Shown piece by piece: positions 58,324 to 64,000 of a stretch of 64,000 bases of DNA. Source of the DNA: Myxococcota bacterium (GTDB lineage Bacteria > Myxococcota_A > UBA796 > UBA2385); assembly GCA_044344255.1 (NCBI GenBank), contig JBIJDH010000009.1, positions 64,001-128,000 of the forward strand, read 5' to 3'. Every line of letters begins with the position of its first letter. The first letter of the stretch is position 1. The position numbers and the translations under genes are program-made. Below the pieces are notes generated by a model, which worked only from the letters and a program-made list of their open reading frames with translations, made no database searches and was not told where the DNA came from.

Positions 58324-59382
58324 TCACCAGGCGAGCTCCGCCAGCACCGGGAGATGATCGGAGGGGGGCTCGGCCAGATGACCGACCCGCGCCGACACGA
58401 GCCGGAAGGCGTCTCCGTGGAAGATGTAGTCCAGCCGCCGATTGGGAGCGGCGGCGGGGAAGGTGAACCAGGCGGACTCCCCGGCCTGGTAGACCGAGGT
58501 GGGTACGACCTCGTGCAGGCCCGGGATCCCGGCGAGGCGATCGAGGGTGTCATCGTCGCTCATGTCGGTCTCGGGCTCGTCGGGGAAGCCTCGCCGAAGG
58601 GTCGCCACGGTGGGCACGGCGTTCATGTCTCCGAGCAGCAGCGCGCCGCCCTTCATGTCCTGGAGGGCATGGGCGAGGATCGCGGCCTGCTCCCGCTTGT
58701 TCTGGATGTCGAAGGCCTCGAGGTGGGTGTTGATCACCCGCATCTCACGGCCAGGGCCGACCTCGACATCCACCTGGAGCACCGCCCTGTGCAGGTAGAA
58801 GCTCCGGTAGAGGAAGGACGCCGCGGCCGGCTGGGGGAGGCCCTGGCGGGAGGCGTCGCGCAGCGGGAAGCGCGAGAGGATCGCCTGCCCCGATCGCACC
58901 CGCCCGATGTGGCGGCGCGGATCGAGGCCCGGCCAGGGCACCCAGCGTGCGTTCCAGGTCTCGGTCCAGGCGGCCCAGGGGTAGCCGGTGGCCTCCCGCA
59001 GCCAAACGAGCTGATCGATGTCGAAGGAACGCACGGCGCCGCGATCCACCTCTTGGAGGGCGACGATGTCAGGGTCCCACGCTCGGATCTGCGCCGCGAT
59101 CTGCTCAAGGTAGCCCACCACCTGATCCCGACCGAGCCCGCGCCCCCGATCGAGGGTGGGGCCGTAGCCGTAGTGGATGTTCCAGGTGAGGACCCGCAGC
59201 GGACGCCCGTCTTCGAGGGTGTGGACGGGAGCACCGGCCGCGGGGGAGAGCACATCGGCGCCCTCGGGCCGCTGACCGCGTCCCCAGAGCAGGGCCCCGC
59301 TGATGAGGCCCACGGGGCCGAGCAGGCCGAGCATCCACCACCACTTGCGGCGGTGGGCGGGCGACGGCTGAGGGTCGGACAT
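58324..59382 (-). CDS. Endonuclease/exonuclease/phosphatase family protein, membrane-anchored
   Basis: LTWNI, LQEVD, NTHLE, GDMN, RLDYIF, SDHLPV; N-terminal TM helix. Confidence 0.9.
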   Translation of the reverse strand: MSDPQPSPAHRRKWWWMLGLLGPVGLISGALLWGRGQRPEGADVLSPAAGAPVHTLEDGRPLRVLTWNIHYGYGPTLDRGRGLGRDQVVGYLEQIAAQIRAWDPDIVALQEVDRGAVRSFDIDQLVWLREATGYPWAAWTETWNARWVPWPGLDPRRHIGRVRSGQAILSRFPLRDASRQGLPQPAAASFLYRSFYLHRAVLQVDVEVGPGREMRVINTHLEAFDIQNKREQAAILAHALQDMKGGALLLGDMNAVPTVATLRRGFPDEPETDMSDDDTLDRLAGIPGLHEVVPTSVYQAGESAWFTFPAAAPNRRLDYIFHGDAFRLVSARVGHLAEPPSDHLPVLAELAW

Positions 59383-59522
59383 CGGTTCCGCCTGGGGCAA
59401 ACGGTGGGCAGGAGGCCACGGTCGAGGGCTGGTCTAGCATGAAACGGCGCGGCGGCGGCTGTCCACCCGCTTTGCCCCCGTCGCGCGTCGGGCTATGCGC
59501 CGGGGCCTGCCCGGACGGACCC

Positions 59523-62291
59523 ATGAACCTCGCCCATGTCCTCGACCAGTCGCTGCTCTCCCTCGTGGAGAAGCCGAGCCGCTACCTCGGCTCCGAGGTC
59601 AACGCGACCGGCCGCGCCCAGAAGCCGGCGGAGCAGGTGCGGGTGCGTGTCGCCTTCGCCTTCCCAGACCTCTACGACATCGGCCTCGGCAACCTCGGCC
59701 TGCACATCCTCTACGCCGTGGTCAACCAGCTCCCCTGGGCCTGGGCCGAGCGGGTCTATGCGCCGGGCCTCGACATGGAGGCCCTGCTCCGAGAGCGAGG
59801 GCTCCCCCTCTTCGCCCTCGAGAGCAAGGACAGCCTCGATCAGTTCGACGGCATCGGCTTCACGCTGCAGTCCGAGCTCACCTTCACGAACATCCTCAAC
59901 CTGATCGACCTCGCCGGCCTGCCGCTGCGCACGGTCAACCGCCGCGAGCAAGATCCGCTCACCTTCGCGGGTGGGCCGGCCGTCTTCAACCCCGAGCCCC
60001 TGGCCCCCTTCATCGACTTCTTCGTCTTTGGAGACGGCGAGGACATCATCCTCGAGATCTGCGAGATCTTTGACCGCGTGAAGGGCCGCGCCGCCCGCCT
60101 CGAGGCCCTCTCCCAGGTGGAGGGCATCTACGTCCCCGCGCTGTACCCGATGGAGACCCTGCCGGACGGCCGCGTCCTCCCCGTAGAGGGCGGCCCGATG
60201 GTGCGGAAGCGCACCGTGAAGAGCCTGAACGGGGCCACCTTCCCCGTGAACTACATCGTGCCCTTCACGCGGCAGGTGCATGACCGGATCTCGCTCGAGG
60301 TCCTTCGGGGCTGCACCCAGGGCTGCCGCTTCTGCCAGGCGGGAATGACGACCCGGCCCGTGCGGGAGCGCTCGATCGACAACATCTCCGATCTGCTCGA
60401 CCGCACCCTCGCCGCCACCGGCTACGAGGAGGTCTCGCTCGTGAGCCTGTCGACCTGCGACTACTCCCAGGTCAAGCAGATGGTGGACGCGGTGGCCCGA
60501 AAGGCCGCCCCCGAGCGGGTGAGCGTGTCGCTGCCCTCGCTCCGCCTGGACAGCTTCAGCGTCGAGCTGGCCGACATGGTCGCCGGTATCCGCCGCACCG
60601 GCCTCACCTTCGCCCCCGAGGCGGCGAGCCCGCGCCTGCGCGCCCTCATCAACAAGTGGATCCCCGACGAAGATCTGCTGACGATGGCCACCAAGGCCTA
60701 CTCCCTCGGCTGGGACCACGTGAAGCTCTACTTCATGATCGGGCTCCCCACCGAGCGCGATGACGACGTGGAGGCCATCGCTGATCTGGCGCACCGCACC
60801 GTCGCCGAGGGCAAGAAGCTCAACAAGAAGGCGAAGGTGCACACCGGCGTGAGCACCTTCGTGCCGAAGCCCTTCACCCCGTTCCAGTGGGCCGCGCAGA
60901 TCACCCCGGCTGAGACCGAGCGAAAGCAGGCCATCCTCGAGCAGCGCTTCGTCCGCGGGGGTCCGATCAAGTTTGGGCGCCACAAGCCCGACGAGACCTT
61001 CCTCGAGGGCCTCGTCTCCCGCGCCGATCGTCGCGGGGCCGACCTCATCGAGGCCGCCTGGCGCCTCGGCGCCCGCTTCGACGCCTGGGATGAGCACCGC
61101 AAGATGCACATCTGGCGGGAGGCGATCGCCGTCGCCGGCACCGACGTCGCCTTCGAGCTGCGCGAGCGCGACGTGCACGAGCGCCTGCCCTGGGACCACA
61201 TCGACATCCACATCCCCAAGAGCTGGTTCCAAGAGGACTGGCAGCGGGCGATCGAGCTCAAGCACGCCGAGGACTGCCGCCACAGCAAGTGCCACCGTTG
61301 TGGGGTCATCGACGTCGAGCGCGCGCTCTGCGCCCACATGCTGCGGAGCAACATCGAGGCCCGGAAGACGGAGGCCGCCTTCGAGCGGGCCCCCTTGCCG
61401 CCCGAGCTCGCCCTCCGCCCCGCGCTGCCCGGCCAACCGCCTCCGCGCCTCGCCGAGCCCCCCGCCGTCCAGCGGCTGATCTTCCGCATCGGCATCATCG
61501 GCGAGGCCCGCCACCTCGCCCACCTCGAGGCGATGAACGCCTGGATGCGCACGCTCCGCCGGGTGCGCACCCCGCTGTGCTACTCGGAGGGGTTCCACCC
61601 GCACCCGAAGCTCGCTTTCTCCGGCGCCCGGCCGGTCGCGGAGGAGACACTCGGGGACTACATGGACATCCTGCTGCACCAGCGGGTGGATCCGGGCGAG
61701 ATGTTGGCGCGGCTCCAAGCCACCGTGCCGACCGGCTTCCGCGTGTTCTCGGTGGCGGAGGTGCCCACCAACGCCCCCTCCTTGATGAGCACGGTCGCGG
61801 GGGCGGACTACCTCTTCCTGATTGACGCGCCCCCCGCCGACCTCGGCGAGCGGGTCGCCGCCCTCCTCGCCGCCGAGACCATCCCCGTCGAGCGCAGGGC
61901 GAAGCTGAAGAAGAAGATCGGCCGCCGCGCCGCCCTGCGCCCGAAGACCAAGATGGTCGACCTGAGGCCGAACCTCCGCTCGTTGGCCCTCCTCGACGGT
62001 GCAGATCCAATGGGCCTCATCACGCCCCTGCCCGGGCAGGTGGTGATGGAGGTGGGCCTGCTCACCGCCGGGGGCCGCGGCGCTCGCCCGAACGAGATCA
62101 TCCGCCTGCTCGACCTCGGCGCGGTGCGGGTCATCCGCCTCGACACCCGCTTCGGCGCCCCGGTCCGCGGCGGTGAGGACGGCGACGAGCTCGACGAGGA
62201 GGGTGACGAAGGCGGGGAAGGGGCCGGTGGAGGAGGCCCGGAGCTCGACCTCGCCGACGGAGGGCTCGTGGAGCCCGCCGACATCGGGTAG
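59523..62291 (+). CDS. B12-binding-like radical SAM protein fused to radical-SAM-linked domain (TIGR03960/TIGR03936-type)
   Basis: VEKPSRYLG, FPDLYDIG, RGCTQGCRFCQAG (CxxxCxxC), FVPKPFTPFQW; C-terminal YSEGFHPHPK. Confidence 0.88.
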   Translation: MNLAHVLDQSLLSLVEKPSRYLGSEVNATGRAQKPAEQVRVRVAFAFPDLYDIGLGNLGLHILYAVVNQLPWAWAERVYAPGLDMEALLRERGLPLFALESKDSLDQFDGIGFTLQSELTFTNILNLIDLAGLPLRTVNRREQDPLTFAGGPAVFNPEPLAPFIDFFVFGDGEDIILEICEIFDRVKGRAARLEALSQVEGIYVPALYPMETLPDGRVLPVEGGPMVRKRTVKSLNGATFPVNYIVPFTRQVHDRISLEVLRGCTQGCRFCQAGMTTRPVRERSIDNISDLLDRTLAATGYEEVSLVSLSTCDYSQVKQMVDAVARKAAPERVSVSLPSLRLDSFSVELADMVAGIRRTGLTFAPEAASPRLRALINKWIPDEDLLTMATKAYSLGWDHVKLYFMIGLPTERDDDVEAIADLAHRTVAEGKKLNKKAKVHTGVSTFVPKPFTPFQWAAQITPAETERKQAILEQRFVRGGPIKFGRHKPDETFLEGLVSRADRRGADLIEAAWRLGARFDAWDEHRKMHIWREAIAVAGTDVAFELRERDVHERLPWDHIDIHIPKSWFQEDWQRAIELKHAEDCRHSKCHRCGVIDVERALCAHMLRSNIEARKTEAAFERAPLPPELALRPALPGQPPPRLAEPPAVQRLIFRIGIIGEARHLAHLEAMNAWMRTLRRVRTPLCYSEGFHPHPKLAFSGARPVAEETLGDYMDILLHQRVDPGEMLARLQATVPTGFRVFSVAEVPTNAPSLMSTVAGADYLFLIDAPPADLGERVAALLAAETIPVERRAKLKKKIGRRAALRPKTKMVDLRPNLRSLALLDGADPMGLITPLPGQVVMEVGLLTAGGRGARPNEIIRLLDLGAVRVIRLDTRFGAPVRGGEDGDELDEEGDEGGEGAGGGGPELDLADGGLVEPADIG

Positions 62292-62300
62292 CCTCCGAGC

Positions 62301-64000
62301 GTGCCACCCCGCCTCTCTCCGCCACACCATCGGTCTCCGCCACCCCGTAGGCCTCCGCCGCGCCGCGCTGCCCGCTCGGGTGCCCTGATCCTCGGGCTGG
62401 CGCTCCCGCTCGGCGGCTGCAGGGTCCTCGTCGAAGGGGGAGGGGGGCCGCTGCCCACTCAGCCCTCGATTCGAGGCTTCCTGGTCGTGCACGTCGATCC
62501 GCTGCCGCTGCGGGCGGCCGGGCGCTGCGTCGACGAGGCGATGTCGGACTGCGGCGGGCCCGCGGGCAGCTCGTACCAGCAGCGCAGCGAGGACCTCGTC
62601 TGGTTGAGCGACACCTGGGTCGCCGCAGGCCGCACCGCTGACCTCGAGCTCGGCCCCGAGCTGTCGCTGGCCTGGGCCGACGATCCCGACGCCACCGCCG
62701 CGATCGCCGCCGACCTCGAGGAGAAGGGCGGCGTCCACGGCCCGGTGACGGACGGCGCCGCCCTCGTCGCCGAGACAAACGCGGCCCTCCGCGACGGCCT
62801 CGGCCGGATGTTGGCCGCGGGCGCCGCGAGCATCGGGGCGCACACCCACGGGCAGCTCCCCGACGGGCCGGGCCGCTGGGGGCAAGCGCGCAAGGTGAAG
62901 CTCGACGGCGAGCCGGAGGCCTGCGCCGCCTGGGAGGGAGATCCGCTGATCGACCCCACCCCCGCCATGACCGAGGCCGTCGTGGCCTACGCCGCCACCT
63001 CCGCCGCCCTGCTCGCGGGCGCGCTCGACGCCCCGCTCCTCTCGTACACCGGCCACTTTCCGCGCACGATGACCGGAAAGATCGACGTCGTGGAGGCCCC
63101 GGACCGCCTCGATCCCGACGGCGTCACCGCCTTCCCCGACGCCTTTCAGCCCCTCGGGCTCGGGTCCGCCTACTCCGAGTGTATGCACCCGGTCAGCGAC
63201 ACCCCGCCCTTTGAGCTCTGGCCAGCCGACGCCGACCGCGCCCTCGGGGCCGGCGTGGGGCCCCTCGTCACCCCCGGTGAGCGGGTGGTCGGGCTCATGG
63301 ACGAGCACCTCGACGTCTACGCCGACACCGCCGCCCCCGCGGCCCAGCGCCGGGCGATCGAGCTCTTCGTGAACTGGCGCTACGCTGCGCTGCAGGGCGA
63401 CGCGGATCGAGCGTGGGCTTGGACCTACCACATCCACGACTACCAGCTCCGCCCCGGAGAGCCCGACGCCCGGGCCGAGGCGGCGCGCCAGTCGAGCCCC
63501 ACCGGGGGTTCGGCCTTCCGGGGGGACGTGGAGGCCGTGGCAGAGCTCTTCGACGAATTCGCCGCCCGGTCGAGCTGGCAAGGTGCGAGTGCGACCGAGG
63601 GCGGCGTCTTCCGGTGGGCCCTCCCCGAGGATGTGGCCGAGCTCGGCGGGGGCGTCGAGTCCAGCTTCGACTTCCGAAGGGAGGGCGAGGCACCCGACGT
63701 TGCCTTGCCCACCCCTGCCTGGCCGTACCTCGACCTCCTCGCCCGCAGCCTCGTCGACAGCCACCTCGCCTGCCGGGGGCAGATCATCGGCGGCGCCGAG
63801 GTCTTCGGCTTCGACCGCTGTCTCGCGGGTTGGCGGTGGGGCGGTGAGAAGAGCGGCTACCACTGCGCCGAAGGTCAGTCGCCGAGCCGAATCTACCTCG
63901 TCGTGCCCGACGGGGACGCCGACTGCCTCTACTTGCCCTACGACGCCGCCTTGCAGACCGCCCCGGTCGACGGAGAGGCGCTCGGCACCCCGGAGCGGTG
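62301..64000 (+). CDS. Hypothetical lipoprotein, runs off the window end
   Basis: Frame from GTG 62301 with LALPLGGC lipobox then FLVVHVDPLP; GC3-rich codons; missing from the ORF track because there is no stop in the window; start uncertain. Confidence 0.65.
   Translation, partial: MPPRLSPPHHRSPPPRRPPPRRAARSGALILGLALPLGGCRVLVEGGGGPLPTQPSIRGFLVVHVDPLPLRAAGRCVDEAMSDCGGPAGSSYQQRSEDLVWLSDTWVAAGRTADLELGPELSLAWADDPDATAAIAADLEEKGGVHGPVTDGAALVAETNAALRDGLGRMLAAGAASIGAHTHGQLPDGPGRWGQARKVKLDGEPEACAAWEGDPLIDPTPAMTEAVVAYAATSAALLAGALDAPLLSYTGHFPRTMTGKIDVVEAPDRLDPDGVTAFPDAFQPLGLGSAYSECMHPVSDTPPFELWPADADRALGAGVGPLVTPGERVVGLMDEHLDVYADTAAPAAQRRAIELFVNWRYAALQGDADRAWAWTYHIHDYQLRPGEPDARAEAARQSSPTGGSAFRGDVEAVAELFDEFAARSSWQGASATEGGVFRWALPEDVAELGGGVESSFDFRREGEAPDVALPTPAWPYLDLLARSLVDSHLACRGQIIGGAEVFGFDRCLAGWRWGGEKSGYHCAEGQSPSRIYLVVPDGDADCLYLPYDAALQTAPVDGEALGTPER

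Noticed and set aside
59523..62291. Radical SAM fusion as a RiPP or novel system
   Set aside because: A known, widespread two-domain arrangement with no precursor peptide nearby.
59493..63863. 1456-aa minus-strand ORF and many other long overlapping ORFs
   Set aside because: Antisense shadows of real genes; stop codons are scarce at this GC content and the translations carry no motifs.

Overview
High-GC chromosomal window from what looks like a Myxococcota-type bacterium (MYXO-CTERM-like sorting tails, an MXAN_5187-like protein, eukaryote-like Ser/Thr kinases, acidic-linker lipoproteins). It holds about 49 CDSs; I found no rRNA, tRNA, CRISPR array or mobile element. Housekeeping genes include ilvE, serA, msrA, punA, cdd, arcC and rnd. 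Best leads: (1) an A9 run at the junction of a MoxR AAA+ gene and a VWA gene in the -1 frame, which looks like a programmed frameshift or slippage site giving both a free ATPase and a 593-aa AAA-VWA fusion, upstream of an amidotransferase and an AhcY paralog with a remodelled active site; (2) an orphan pair of Gp5/VgrG-type spike genes, one blunt-ended and one ending in an HxH motif like the iron-binding tip of phage P2 gpV, followed by an XRE-HTH/SspB-like fusion; (3) a sigma54 module with a consensus promoter, tandem palindromes, a small secreted 4-Cys protein, a long 3' hairpin and a divergent giant kinase-TPR-GAF-bEBP; (4) a TraB-like OmpA protein paired with a CTERM-anchored surface protein; (5) several apparently leaderless genes. 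All family calls are from motif recognition by eye, and no database searches were run.
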